Source of the DNA: Endomicrobiales bacterium
Lineage (GTDB): Bacteria; Elusimicrobiota; Endomicrobiia; Endomicrobiales; CAWCFT01
DNA length: 64,000 nt
NCBI GenBank assembly: GCA_963794945.1
Contig: CAWCFT010000004.1
Coordinates: 160,001 to 224,000, forward strand
Direction of reading: 5' to 3'
Shown: positions 27,953 to 38,671 of the stretch, piece by piece
How positions within the stretch are numbered: position 1 is the first letter of the stretch
Layout: each line of letters opens with the position of its first letter
Program-made: the position numbers and the translations under genes
The notes under the pieces: generated by a model
What the model saw: only the letters and a program-made list of their open reading frames with translations
Told to the model about the DNA's origin: nothing
Databases searched by the model: none

Positions 27953-28729
27953 TTACATACCAACCGCGAAACAGCGCATGGATATGGAAGAGTGCTGGAA
28001 GCCCTCGTAGAAATACTCGAGGTTCTCGCCTTTGTTCCTCAGGGCGCAGGCGTAAAGCATTGGGAGGTAGTGTTCGTTGGTGGGTACGGCGTAGGGTGAG
28101 TTGATGTCGTTATCGTTATAGTTTACAAGAAGCCTGTCGTATCCGGAATCGAGCGCGGTTTTGACGTATTGGTCGAACTCTTTGGCCCAAACCGGCGTTT
28201 TCTTCGCGAACTGCGCCCAGTCTATCATAGAAAGGTTGTGGACTATGTTCCCGCTCCCTAGGACAAGCACACCTTCTTTTCGCAGAACGGACAGCGATCT
28301 AGCAGCATCAAAATGCTCTTTCTCGGATCTCGCGGCGTCGAGGCTTAGCTGAACCACCGGTATATCGCACTTGGGGTACATGTGCTTTAGAACCGACCAT
28401 GCGCCGTGGTCAATCCCCCACTCGCTGTTGAGGCTCGCGTTCACACGGCTCAAAAGTTTTGCGGTTTGTTTGGCAAGCTCCAGCGAACCTTTCGGTCTGT
28501 ATTTTATCTCGTAAAGCGCCTGCGGAAAACCGTAGAAATCGTATATCTGCTCGGGCTCATCCGAACCCGTGACAAACGTTCCGTTAGTCACCCAATGCGC
28601 CGAGACGCAGAGGATCGCTTTCGGCTTCGGTATCTTTCCCGCGAAATCGCTTAACGCTTTAGTGAAATCGTTGTCCTGCCCCGCGTTCATAGGCGAACCG
28701 TGGCCTACGAAAACTACAGGCATAAGCAT
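27953..28729 (-). CDS. ygiD: DODA-type extradiol ring-cleavage dioxygenase
   Basis: FVGHGSPMN, SAHW, DHGAW, GSGNIVHNL, PTNEHYLP. Confidence 0.92.
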   Translation of the reverse strand: MLMPVVFVGHGSPMNAGQDNDFTKALSDFAGKIPKPKAILCVSAHWVTNGTFVTGSDEPEQIYDFYGFPQALYEIKYRPKGSLELAKQTAKLLSRVNASLNSEWGIDHGAWSVLKHMYPKCDIPVVQLSLDAARSEKEHFDAARSLSVLRKEGVLVLGSGNIVHNLSMIDWAQFAKKTPVWAKEFDQYVKTALDSGYDRLLVNYNDNDINSPYAVPTNEHYLPMLYACALRNKGENLEYFYEGFQHSSISMRCFAVGM

Positions 28730-28740
28730 TTTTATTTCCT

Positions 28741-28946
28741 TGTCGTTTCGAAAAACCAAGATCTCTCACCCAAACACCGGGATTCGAGATGACAACCAAA
28801 CATAAGACTGTCATTTCGATCCCGCCGTGGCGGGAGAGAAATCTTTAATCAAAACAAAATCCAGATCTCTCCCGCCAAACGACACGACGGCGGGCAAGCA
28901 TCCGCGCGCCGGCGCATCTTTGACCTCTGATGGATTCGAGATGACA
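28741..28946. repeat. tandem GTCATTTCGA..TCGAGATGAC palindromic elements
   Basis: TGTCATTTCGATCCCGCC..GGGAGAGAAATCT..AGATCTCTC..GATTCGAGATGACAACCAAA, with the right end present twice. Confidence 0.8.
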
Positions 28947-28966
28947 ACCAAAATACGAACGCTTTT

Positions 28967-29470
28967 TTATTTTGCTATCAGCATGAATTTGTCTTTCGGC
29001 GCTCCGCATATCGGGCACTTGTCCGGAGCGGAACCTACCACGGTATTCCCGCAGATGGAACAAACATATATATCAGCTTTGGGCAGGTCTTTGGACGCTT
29101 CAATGGAGCTTAGCGCCTGCGAATACAATCCGTGATGGATCCCTTCAACGGCCATCGCGGCCTTGAACGATATCTCCGCGTGCTTATTGCCTTCCGCCTG
29201 CGCGGTCTTTATGAACTCGGGGTACATTTTCACATATTCATAATTCTCGCCGGCTACCGCTTCCTGAAGGTTCTCTTTTGTCGTCTTTACCCCGCCCATC
29301 ACGCGCAGGTGCGCGAGGGCGTGAACGGTCTCGGCTTCCGCCGCGGCGCGGAACAGCTTTGCCACCTGAGGGAACCCGTCCCCCTCCGCCTTTTTCGCGA
29401 ACGCGAGATATTTCCTGTTAGCCTGGCTTTCCCCGGCGAACGCCGCCTGAAGGTCGTCTTTTGTTGCCAT
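28967..29470 (-). CDS. rbr: rubrerythrin
   Basis: AFAGESQANRKY, EAETVHA, C-terminal CSICG..CPICG rubredoxin domain. Confidence 0.95.
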   Translation of the reverse strand: MATKDDLQAAFAGESQANRKYLAFAKKAEGDGFPQVAKLFRAAAEAETVHALAHLRVMGGVKTTKENLQEAVAGENYEYVKMYPEFIKTAQAEGNKHAEISFKAAMAVEGIHHGLYSQALSSIEASKDLPKADIYVCSICGNTVVGSAPDKCPICGAPKDKFMLIAK

Positions 29471-29516
29471 AAATAGTTCTCCTTTATTTTTTGCTGTTGC
29501 GGACCTGCCGCAACGC

Positions 29517-30248
29517 TTAACGCATCTTTTTCATCCAGTCATGGACATATTGTTCCGGCTCGCCGGTTTCTATAACTTCCAGTATCTGTTCCGCCACGTA
29601 CTGCGCTGTGTCGGCAGGCGGGCGGCCTTTTGTCATCTCTTCCACGGGCGCTTCTTCCCCGTTTTTGGCCCGCAACGTATTCTTATGGAAATCGCTCAGG
29701 GTGATGTAAGGATAGACTATGCTCACAACTATTTTATCCTTAGCGAGCTCTTCTCTGGCGGTCAGCGTTATGCCGCCTAGCGCCCGTTTAGTGGACGAGT
29801 ACCCGCCAAGCTCGGGCCTGTACATGAGCGCCGTGCCGGAGCTTATGTTAACGATGGACCCGCCTCCGCGTTTTCTCATAACCGGTATAACCGCCTGCAT
29901 GGCGGCGAGCGGGCCGACTACGTTTAGGTCAAGCAGTTTGCGGTATTCCGTCAGGTCTATAGACTCCACTGAAGAATTATCGCCGCGGCCGGCGTTGTTG
30001 ACAAGTATGTCTATCCCGCAGAACTTCTCGTCAACTTTCGCTACCATGTTTTTAACGGCATTCTCATCCGACATATCCGTCTGGAACACGGCCGAGCCGG
30101 GCAGTTCTTTAGAGAGCTCTTCGAGCTTGTCTTTTGACCTCGCCACGAGCGCCACTTTCGCGCCCATTTTCGCCAGAAGCCTGGCGGTCTCAAGGCCTAT
30201 ACCGTAAGAGGCTCCGGTCACTATAGCTACTTTGCCTTTAGGTTCCAT
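29517..30248 (-). CDS. short-chain dehydrogenase/reductase
   Basis: TGASYGIG, NNAG, YSSTK. Confidence 0.92.
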   Translation of the reverse strand: MEPKGKVAIVTGASYGIGLETARLLAKMGAKVALVARSKDKLEELSKELPGSAVFQTDMSDENAVKNMVAKVDEKFCGIDILVNNAGRGDNSSVESIDLTEYRKLLDLNVVGPLAAMQAVIPVMRKRGGGSIVNISSGTALMYRPELGGYSSTKRALGGITLTAREELAKDKIVVSIVYPYITLSDFHKNTLRAKNGEEAPVEEMTKGRPPADTAQYVAEQILEVIETGEPEQYVHDWMKKMR

Positions 30249-30376
30249 TCTTATCTCCTATTAATTTGCGTATTCCACCCAGCCCGCCAATATACCCGGT
30301 GGATCTTCGACTTTCTGGGCGGTCACCTTTGTTGGTTGTGCCCTAAAGGGTACTTCCAATAGATATTCTAATCGTG

Positions 30377-30471
30377 GGTCGTCTTTGCGAGCGAAGCGAA
30401 GCAATCTCAAAACAATTTTGAAAGCGAACATCGAGATCGCCACGGTCATCTGCGATGACCTCGCGAAGACA
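30377..30471. repeat. GTCTTTGCGA..TCGCGAAGAC palindromic element
   Basis: GTCTTTGCGAGCGAAGCGAAGCAATCTC..GAGATCGCCAC..CTCGCGAAGAC. Confidence 0.8.
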
Positions 30472-30521
30472 ATCATTTGATGCCGCCCTGCTTGCAGATC
30501 AGAGGCTCATTGAACACAAGG

Positions 30522-31664
30522 TCATTTAAGTTTTTCGTCGATCTCCGGCATTAGCTTGCTTATCTCTATGCCCTGAGGGCACTTTTCCTCGCACATTTTG
30601 CACTGTATGCAGGCGCTTGCGCGCTCGCCCTCGGGAAAGAACCTTCCGTATATGAACTTTGAGGAGCCCATATCGTTGTATATAATGCCGTTGTTGTAAA
30701 GCTCGATTATGCCCGGTATGTCTACACCCTGCGGGCACGGCATACAGTAACCGCACTTCGTGCACGGAACGGATGCCCTCTTTAGGAACTCTGAGCGCAC
30801 TTTTTCAAAAAGCTTCATGTCTTCCGGGGAGAGCGGCAGGGTGCTGAGCGAATCGGCCGCGCCGATATTTTCGTCAAGCTGTTCCATCCTGTTCATGCCG
30901 CTGAGCAGCATGCTCACCCCCGGCTGGTTCCACACCCACTGGAGGGCCCACTGCGCCGGCGTCCGTTTTACGGAGTAACCCTCGAAAATCTTGCGCACGT
31001 CCGCGGGCGGGTTGCCGAGCCTTCCGCCGAGCAGCGGCTCCATGACTATGACGGCCAGCCCTTTTGACGCGGCGTAGTTCAGGCCCTCGGTGCCGGCCTG
31101 GTTGTTTGTGTCCATATAGTTGTATTGTAGCTGGCAGAAATCCCATTTGTCGTAACCGTCCACGATGGGTTTAAACGCGCGTCGTCGTCGTGGAACGAAA
31201 ACCCGAGGTGCCTTATCCGTCCGTCCGCGATAGCCTTTTCCGCTTTTTCCAGCAGGCCGAACTTGAGCACTTTATTTTCCCAGCTCTCTTTGCCGACACC
31301 GTGAATGAGGTAAAAATCTATGTGGTCGGTCTTCAGTTTTTTTAACTGTTCATCCAGGAATTTATCGAAATCTCCGGGAGAGGCGATGAACCACAAGGGG
31401 GATTTCGTCGCGAGCTTTACTTTCTCGCGGTAACCGCCCAAGAGCGCTTTGCCGGTTACTACCTCGCTTTGCCCGTTATGGTAAGGGTAGGCCGTGTCAA
31501 TATAATTTACCCCGCGGTCGATAGCGGAATGTATGAGGCGCACCGACGCGTCTTCATCTATCTCGCCGCTCATGGGCTTGTTGTCTTTCGTCGGGCACCG
31601 GCATACAGCCGAACCCGAGCGCCGACACCTGGTAATCAAGTTTTCCGAATTTTCTATACCTCAT
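30522..31664 (-). CDS. aldo/keto reductase with C-terminal 4Fe-4S dicluster, frameshifted near 31600 and 31170
   Basis: MRYRKFGKLDYQVSALGFGCM, YIDTAYPYH, GFSFHD, MEPLLGG, CTKCGYC, CIQCKMCEEKCP. Confidence 0.88.
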
Positions 31665-31750
31665 AATAGCACCTCTCTACCGCCTTTAGAAATATTTTAT
31701 CTATTAAGGAATAAAGAGTCAATCACGGTTTAGTTCGCACGGCCGGCAAG

Positions 31751-31879
31751 TTAACGGCGTTCTTCCCAACGGCCGCCGTCCCGGCCGTATCCTCTCTCTC
31801 TCCAGCCATCACGGCGCCACCAACAGCCTGAAATGCCCGCTATGCTTAAGATCAATAAAAGTACAAATAACTTTTTCAT
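31751..31879 (-). CDS. 42-aa putative lipoprotein (not in the ORF track)
   Basis: MKKLFVLLLILSIAGISGC-WWRRDGWRERGYGRDGGRWEERR; AGGAG RBS; lipobox ISGC. Confidence 0.65.
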   Translation of the reverse strand: MKKLFVLLLILSIAGISGCWWRRDGWRERGYGRDGGRWEERR

Positions 31880-31891
31880 AAACGGCTCCTT

Positions 31892-34399
31892 TTATCGGCT
31901 TTGGTTGTCGAAGTTTTTTCCGACTGGCCTTGCTTTGCCACGGTCGATAACCCGGTACGCGAGCAGTTTCACGCGGTCGTTGAACAGGAACCACACCGAT
32001 GAGTAACCCCACACCATGAGAGCACGGCTCCAGCCGATCGGCGGTATGAACAAGCCGTAAACGGCTATCAACGTTGCCGCGATCTGCGTGCCGAACACCG
32101 CGAACAGAAGGATCGGCGCGGGGCGGATTGACCAGAACGGCCCGCGCGTGCGTGTTTGGAATATCTTGAAATGCCCCGACACGGACAGTTTCAAGTACAT
32201 TAGCGTCTGAATGAGCGCGCGGTCGAGATGGAAGACCCGCTCACCAAGATAGAACAGGCCGAACGAATCCAAAACTCCGATTGTGCCGATCACTGAGGCG
32301 ATACCCAGAACCAGCCGCATGTTCCATGCCTCGGGCTTGTTCGAGTAGTGGACGTTGTCATAGGCGATGGCCAGTATCGCGCCGTCGTTAAGCAGCGCGA
32401 GCATGACGATCATGACCGCGGTCACCGGGTAAAAGTTAAATATTAGTATCGATAGTGTCATGAGCAGCAGCACGCTAAGCGTCTCGGTAATGCGGTAGAT
32501 CGCGTAGCTCTGCATCCGCTGGAAGATCCTGCGGCTCTCTTTGATGGCGTCAATTATCACCGACAGGCCGGGCATCATCAGCACGATGGATGCCGCCGCG
32601 CGCGCAGCGTCCGTCGCGCCGGAAACGGCTATGCCGCAGTCGGCTTTCTTAAGCGCGGGCGCGTCATTGACCCCGTCGCCGGTCATGCCGACCATGTGCC
32701 CGAGTTTTTGCAGTATGTCAACTATGTGGAACTTGTGTTCGGGGAACACCTGCGCGAAACCGTCGGCCTTCTCGATGGACTCGGACATCGCGCGGTTTCC
32801 TGCCGTTTCGCGTCGCCGAGGCCCGCGGCATCAAGAATGTTAGTGCCCATGCCGAGTTTCTTTGCGGTTTCCAGGGCGATAGCCAGCTGGTCGCCTGTAA
32901 CCATCTTGATCTTTACTCCCATCTGAAGCGCCGTCGCTATGGTTGCCGGCGTCTTCACGCGGCGGGTCGAACAGCGGCAGCACGCCGATAAACCGCCATT
33001 GCCCGTCGCCTTCGGCCCGTGCCACCCCCAATGAACGAAAACCCCGACCCGCGAATTCGTTGACCGCTTTGTCTACGACATTCTTAACCTGCCCCGCATC
33101 AGCCGATAGCTCCAGGATCACCTGCGGCGCGCCCTTGGTTACCTTGAACGTCGTTCCATCCGCGGCTTTGACAGAAGCTTCGGTGCGTTTATGCACCGCG
33201 TCGAACGGCTGAAAATGCAACACCTGATAACCCTTCAGTATGTCTTTATTTTTCAGCCCTGCCAGCACCGCCAGGTCTATGGTGTCGTTATCGTCTTCAC
33301 GCGACGCAAGGGAAGCATTTAAAATAACTTGCTCGGGCGGGACATTGTTCACGCTGAACGGTTCGCCAAGCGTCAGCTTGTTCTGGGTTAGGGTGCCCGT
33401 CTTGTCCGCGCACAATATATCCACCCCGGCCAACTCCTCTATGGCAACCAGCCGGCTCACGACCGCCTCTTTTTTGGCAAGCAGACGCGCGCCGACCGCC
33501 ATGGTCACAGACAGCACCGTGGGCATGGAGACGGGGATAGCGGCAACGGTCAGCACCAGCGCGAATTGCAAAGTGGTAAGGATAGGCTCACCGCGGTGGA
33601 TGGCGAAAGCGACGATAACTGCCACCAGGGCCGAGGCGAGGATTATAAGGTAATTGCCGATCTTCAAAACCGCTTTCTGGAAGTGGCTGACTGTGTGCGC
33701 CTCCTGCACCAGCTGGGCCGTCTTGCCGAAGAATGTCTTGACTCCCGTGGCATAGACCATCGCGTCGATCTCACCCTGGCGAATTATAGAACCGCAAAAC
33801 ACGGCCTCGCCCGGTTTGCGCGTGGCGGGCAGGGACTCCCCTGTCAAGGCGGACTGATCCACTTCCACAGGGTCGCCGGGAAACAGCCGCGCGTCCGCGG
33901 GAACGATGTCGCCCAGCCGCAGGCGTATGACGTCGCCCGGCACAAGCTCGCGCGCCGGCGGATTAACCCACTTTCCGTCCCGCAGCACCCGGGCCTTTAC
34001 CGACATCTTAGCTTTCAACGCGGCGATCGCGTTGCCAGCCTCGTGTTCTTCCCAGAACCCTACTGTGGCATTGGCCAAAAGCAGGAGCAGAATAATGACA
34101 AAGTCCGGCCAATGGCGGGCTAACGCGGAAAGGATCACGGCCGCCTCTATCATCCAAGGTATAGGCCCCCAAAAATAGGTAAGGAATTTCAGGAAAGGAT
34201 TGGTTTTCTTTTCTTCGATCTCGTTGGGCCCGTATTGAATGAGGCGTTTCTGAACCTCGGCCCGGCTTAAGCCTTCCGGCGACGACCCCAATTTTGCCTG
34301 CAGTTCCGGCATGGGAAGGGTTTTTAGGTCATCCTTTGTATCAGTTTTTAAACCCTGTTTCGGTTCTGAAGCCTTGGACGGTCCATTATCGGTTTTCAT
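31892..34399 (-). CDS. plasma-membrane-type (P3A) H+-exporting P-type ATPase, frameshifted near 32950 and 32790
   Basis: FWGPIPWMIE, DQSALTGESLP, DKTGTLT, TGDGVNDAPALKKAD, ALLNDG..IAYD. Confidence 0.9.
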
Positions 34400-34453
34400 T
34401 GCGGTATTCTCCGTATCGCTATATTCGTAAATTCTTCGGTGTACTGCACAAAA

Positions 34454-35572
34454 TTACAGCTTATAGTCTATACCGAAAAACAGCGGCCATTGCCCCAGAG
34501 GCTGGTTCCAATCATAATTCGAGCCCACGATCAGGCCAAAACTCCCGGCTGATTTGTCTTTCCATTCGTTTGTATAAGGGGCAAACCTTAACCCTATAAT
34601 ATCGCTGGACGACTGCTGGAGATTTACTCCCAGTACGAGCGCGAGCCACCGGTTCCATTTCCAATCATCATTATTAGTGGCAAGGGCGCTCCAGTGAAAC
34701 GTGAAAAATTTATCCCAGCGCACTTGCGTGAGCAGTTGTGATGCGTAAAGATGAAAGTATACATACGCGTTCAGGCCGGAGCCATTCAAGGCACCCACGC
34801 CGAGGCCGAGGCCGAACATCGACAGGGCAATATTCGCAAAATGATACTCATAACCCGTCACATCCTCATCTTGAGGAAGTAAGCTGACCCTATATATAGA
34901 ATCCTTTTCCAGGTCTATCTTGTATGTGTAAAGATAAAGGTCATTCTTCCCCTTCGCCTCGTATTTGAAAGGCGCCGGGCTCAGGTAACGCTTGACCGGG
35001 GCTTCGTTTATAGAAATGGTCTGCTGGGCCGGAAGGATGTTCCCCGTGGGTTTTTGAGTAATCACCGAAGCGATAACATCCGCGAAGCCTCCGCTCTGCT
35101 GATAAGCCAACCCTTCGCAGGCGACATACGTTGTTGTGTCGTCATATTTTTCGTATCGGCCGCTAAACGCAAAGGTGGAGAAAATAAGGACCCAGAGGTT
35201 GGATTCATTAGACAGCACCCGCACAGGTTTATCGTTGAGATTGATCACCACGGCCGGCGCCCCGGTTATTGAGGCGTAAGCAACGACCAGGTCCGGGAAA
35301 TAAGGGTTGCGCGTGCTCCCATAATACGCATTCAGCAGATCTCCGCCTGCCATCTGTTTAGCTGTTTTATTGCAGGCGCCGGTAGACACAAAAGTGTTAA
35401 AAGCGTCTATAACTTTTGCGCTTTGTGTTAAATCCCGGCCAAAATTGGTTTTAGGCCCTCCCCCGTTCAATAAGGGGTGTACCGCCCCGCATCCCGTCAG
35501 AATTGCGGTTAACGGCGTACAAATTAACAATATATAGAAGACGCGAACAGGTTTTAAAAACTGTAGTAACAT
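34454..35572 (-). CDS. hypothetical lipoprotein
   Basis: Long ORF with lipobox LTGC and aromatic C-terminus (FFGIDYKL). Confidence 0.6.
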   Translation of the reverse strand: MLLQFLKPVRVFYILLICTPLTAILTGCGAVHPLLNGGGPKTNFGRDLTQSAKVIDAFNTFVSTGACNKTAKQMAGGDLLNAYYGSTRNPYFPDLVVAYASITGAPAVVINLNDKPVRVLSNESNLWVLIFSTFAFSGRYEKYDDTTTYVACEGLAYQQSGGFADVIASVITQKPTGNILPAQQTISINEAPVKRYLSPAPFKYEAKGKNDLYLYTYKIDLEKDSIYRVSLLPQDEDVTGYEYHFANIALSMFGLGLGVGALNGSGLNAYVYFHLYASQLLTQVRWDKFFTFHWSALATNNDDWKWNRWLALVLGVNLQQSSSDIIGLRFAPYTNEWKDKSAGSFGLIVGSNYDWNQPLGQWPLFFGIDYKL

Positions 35573-35731
35573 AAAAGTGAAATATTTTCCCCGGAGATCA
35601 CCGGGAAAAACATAGATTCTATCTTCTTACCCGTATAATATCCCAAAGCCGCTGCGGGCAGGATATCTGAGGCCCAGTGTTCATTCGGCCCCATTATTTG
35701 ACGATTTTTTGTTCAAACAGGCCGGCATTTG

Positions 35732-36583
35732 TTAAAAAACAATACCGAAACTTAGGTTTAAAGTAGAATACCGCACATCAGCCGAATTGCTGAAAGAATC
35801 GTAATTTCCGGTTGCGTTGTTTAAAATCAAACCCGACTGGCTGATGCTCCCGTAATTTACCGTATACAAAAGTTCTACCTGTAAAAAATTAAATACCATG
35901 CCCCCGCCTGCGGCCCAATACAGCCCTCCGCCAAAGGAAGCGTTGTCCCCCGCGAAATTATTGTCTGCCGAGAACGTATTTCCGCCCAGATGCGCGGTTA
36001 AATATTTATAATAGTACCTTTCGTCGGGAATTGTCCTTACCCTTATCAAAACGTAAAGCGGAGCGAAACTAAAATATCCGTCTTGACTTGTCTGCTTGCG
36101 CGGTAATTGTTCGGTTAACCCTATGCCAAGCCCCACTTGATTGGTGACATAACCCAGGTATTCAGTAGTCAGCGTCAAGGCGCTGGTAGTATCGCTGGCG
36201 CCTGACAACAGTGTCGTGCCGAAGTTACCCTGATAATAGCTTCCGTTATATATATCTAACTGCCCGCCAAAATCCGACCCAAGCTTGAATATAAGTTCCG
36301 CCTGCTTCAGCCGGCGCTCACTTCTGTAACCCCGGGTTGAGCCGTCCCCTCCGCCGTAGCGCGAACGGGAAAACTCTATCCTGTTTATCTGTCCCGCTTC
36401 AATTGTTTCCTGCCCAGAGTTCGTTTCAATTATGACCGTTTCGTTGTTCTGAGAGATCACTCTGCCTCTTAAAGCCTGCCCGTCATTGAGATATATTATA
36501 TCGGCAAACAAAGAGCCCATAGCCGCCGTAACCATTATCAATGACAGTATTGTGTTACGTATTGACCATATCATCTTTTTCAT
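35732..36583 (-). CDS. secreted protein with N-terminal DIIYLNDG domain and outer-membrane beta-barrel
   Basis: Signal peptide; amphipathic strands; terminal LSFGIVF. Confidence 0.7.
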   Translation of the reverse strand: MKKMIWSIRNTILSLIMVTAAMGSLFADIIYLNDGQALRGRVISQNNETVIIETNSGQETIEAGQINRIEFSRSRYGGGDGSTRGYRSERRLKQAELIFKLGSDFGGQLDIYNGSYYQGNFGTTLLSGASDTTSALTLTTEYLGYVTNQVGLGIGLTEQLPRKQTSQDGYFSFAPLYVLIRVRTIPDERYYYKYLTAHLGGNTFSADNNFAGDNASFGGGLYWAAGGGMVFNFLQVELLYTVNYGSISQSGLILNNATGNYDSFSNSADVRYSTLNLSFGIVF

Positions 36584-36962
36584 GGATAACTCCTTTTTCT
36601 AACACAAAGTATTGTTTACCGTTGTCTTCAACGAAGAGGATCCTGTCAGCTCCATTGACTTCGCCACACTTCTCTTTTTCTGTATGATAATTAGTGGATA
36701 TTTCATTGTTCATTTAGCATCATAACACTTATATTTTGGTTATTTGATGCCATTTTGCCACCTTATACTGACTTGTTTCCGGCAATTCTGCCAGGCTGCC
36801 TGGAATACAGTTCTTGGGTTAAACTGGAACAGGTCAATTGCGCCTGGGCACAATTGACCTGTAACTACCGTGCTTGCTAAAGATAGGTGTCTTGAATTAA
36901 GTCATTAAGATTAGCTGGTGGGAATTGAAGGCGGGACAAATTTTAGTTGCAAAATGTTTGTA

Positions 36963-37631
36963 TCAATTGTGCGACGGCCAGCCGAACGTCTGTGCGAAAA
37001 GAGCGCGCTGGCTGGGCCTGAGGCCGAGCTTCTCCGCGAGCGCGTCCCTCTGGCAGTTATGGAACCACGCCGTCATGCCTTCCGACGCGGCATAAACCGA
37101 GGCGTTGCCCGCGATGAGGCCGGTGTCAGCGTAGTAATAAGCTTTCTGGGTCTCCGGGTCGTAAAGCCCCGGCTCCTGGAACCCGGCCTTCTTAAATTTG
37201 TCGATGTCAACGACGTAAATGATACGCACCGGAGCGTTAGCTCCTGCTCCGCCCTGTCCGCGGCCTATGGCCAACGCGCGCAGGTCGCCTTCCACAATAG
37301 GCTCGAGGCTGTGAGAAATTGCCTCATAGAGGTAAACCCCTTCGGGCAAGGCCACATAGAGGCCTATCTCCTGCGAGTTGCTGGCGGAGGCAGCCGTCCT
37401 GCCCGCTGTGCCGAACGGGCCGTTCTTCCTGTTTATCCCGAACGCCGACCACAGGAGGTTTGAAAGAACCTGTAAAGGTATCTTTCTGGCGCTGATCTCG
37501 CGGGCAGTGCTTCTTTTACGAAGCGCAGCCATAACGGTTTTGCGGCCTTCGTCCTTAGGCTTCGGAAGTTTTATCGCTTGAAGGTTGGAGATGTCCACCT
37601 TTGTGTTTTTGATAGAAGTTTTTCGGTTCAT
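36963..37631 (-). CDS. nitroreductase / SagB-ThcOx family flavoprotein
   Basis: ALRKRSTARE, LLWSAFGIN, RTAASASN, DTGLIAGN. Confidence 0.85.
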   Translation of the reverse strand: MNRKTSIKNTKVDISNLQAIKLPKPKDEGRKTVMAALRKRSTAREISARKIPLQVLSNLLWSAFGINRKNGPFGTAGRTAASASNSQEIGLYVALPEGVYLYEAISHSLEPIVEGDLRALAIGRGQGGAGANAPVRIIYVVDIDKFKKAGFQEPGLYDPETQKAYYYADTGLIAGNASVYAASEGMTAWFHNCQRDALAEKLGLRPSQRALFAQTFGWPSHN

Positions 37632-37701
37632 TTGACACCCCTGCCGTAATAGTCCTCCAAATAGTTTTACTAATTTTGGAATAATTGGTCAATCCTTAAA
37701 C

Positions 37702-37860
37702 AGACTGTTTCGCAACTACTTGAAATACCCTTTTTTGTCATTTCGATCCCGCTTGGGCGGGAGAGAAATCTTTATTTCGTCAAACATCAAGATCTCTCGC
37801 GGAGTCCATCCGCCTTCGGCGGGCTCGAGATGACAACATAAGAGTTATGACACAGTTCTC
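37702..37860. mobile_element. MITE-like shell (imperfect TIRs) around a GTCAT palindromic core
   Basis: AGACTGTTTCGCAACT ... AGTTATGACACAGTTCT flank a core at 37736-37835. Confidence 0.55.
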
Positions 37861-37984
37861 TTGAGCCGGAGAGGTCGCCGCTGGCTGCTGTCCGGATCAG
37901 GCAAAAAAAATCTCCGGAGCTGAGAGAGAGAGGTCACACGAGTGCTCCGGAGATTAATATATATATTTAGATTATGCCGTCAAA

Positions 37985-38342
37985 TTACTTTTTGGTTTTA
38001 CCTTCCTGCGGCGCGGGCATGGCGGCTGGAGCGCCCATCTGGCATTTTTCATCCATCGTTCCCATTTTCACTGTGCCGGCACATCGGGCAGCCCATCTGG
38101 CCGTGCATAAAAGCCGTGGGGTGCATCCCCATTTCTCCCTGCATGCGATGACATTTGAAATGGTGCCTCATCGCAACACCTGAAACTAAAGCCAGCCCCG
38201 CGAAAACAAAAATGATTATCGCAAGTATCTTGCCGAACTTGGACACACCGGCGTCAACGCCGTTCTGTCCCGCTGTCCACAAAGCTAAATAACCCATGAA
38301 AACCAATACAACTGCTGCTACGACCGGCATCATAATACACAT
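37985..38342 (-). CDS. small two-TM protein with Met/His/Cys-rich tail, frameshift near 38077
   Basis: Removing one base at GCCGGC extends the ORF to ..PMCGTVKMGTMDEKCQMGAPAAMPAPQEGKTKK; GGAG RBS. Confidence 0.6.
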
Positions 38343-38406
38343 TTTGCTCTCCTTTGCTCCGCGCTGCCGTTTGACCGGCGCCTCGCGCGTTTTTTCCAGC
38401 TAACAA

Positions 38407-38435
38407 TTAGACACCCTGTCCCTTCAAATAGTTCC
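38407..38435 (-). promoter_or_regulatory. putative ECF (sigmaE-like) promoter
   Basis: GGAACTA-16 bp-GTCTAA on the minus strand. Confidence 0.45.
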
Positions 38436-38522
38436 AGCCGCGGAAAAATATTTAGTTTGTACAAAACAGAAGAAGCTCCGGGCGCGTAAGCGCCGGGAGC
38501 TTCTCCTTAAAAAGTTTAATTT

Positions 38523-38662
38523 GAGATTATTGAAAAACACCAATAATCTCTGATTACAGTGATCCAAAAAAGAAGATTACGGTGATTTAAAGCTTTTAAT
38601 CGCCGTAATCGCAGTTGTTAATCATCGTAATCAAGGCCGTTGAGGACTTTTTCAACGGTCTC
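38523..38662. mobile_element. 140-bp MITE-like element
   Basis: TIRs GAGATTATTGAAAAA / TTTTTCAACGGTCTC; flanking AATTT direct repeats; internal GATTAC/GTAATC hairpin. Confidence 0.55.
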
Positions 38663-38671
38663 AATTTAGTT

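Noticed and set aside
14364..34399. Programmed ribosomal frameshifting or phase variation explaining the split genes
   Set aside because: No shared slippery heptamer or long homopolymer at the breaks, and too many unrelated genes are affected.
36829..36862. Strong hairpin ACAGGTCAATTG/CAATTGACCTGT
   Set aside because: Isolated stem with no T run or second copy; probably a terminator or stabiliser downstream of the nitroreductase.
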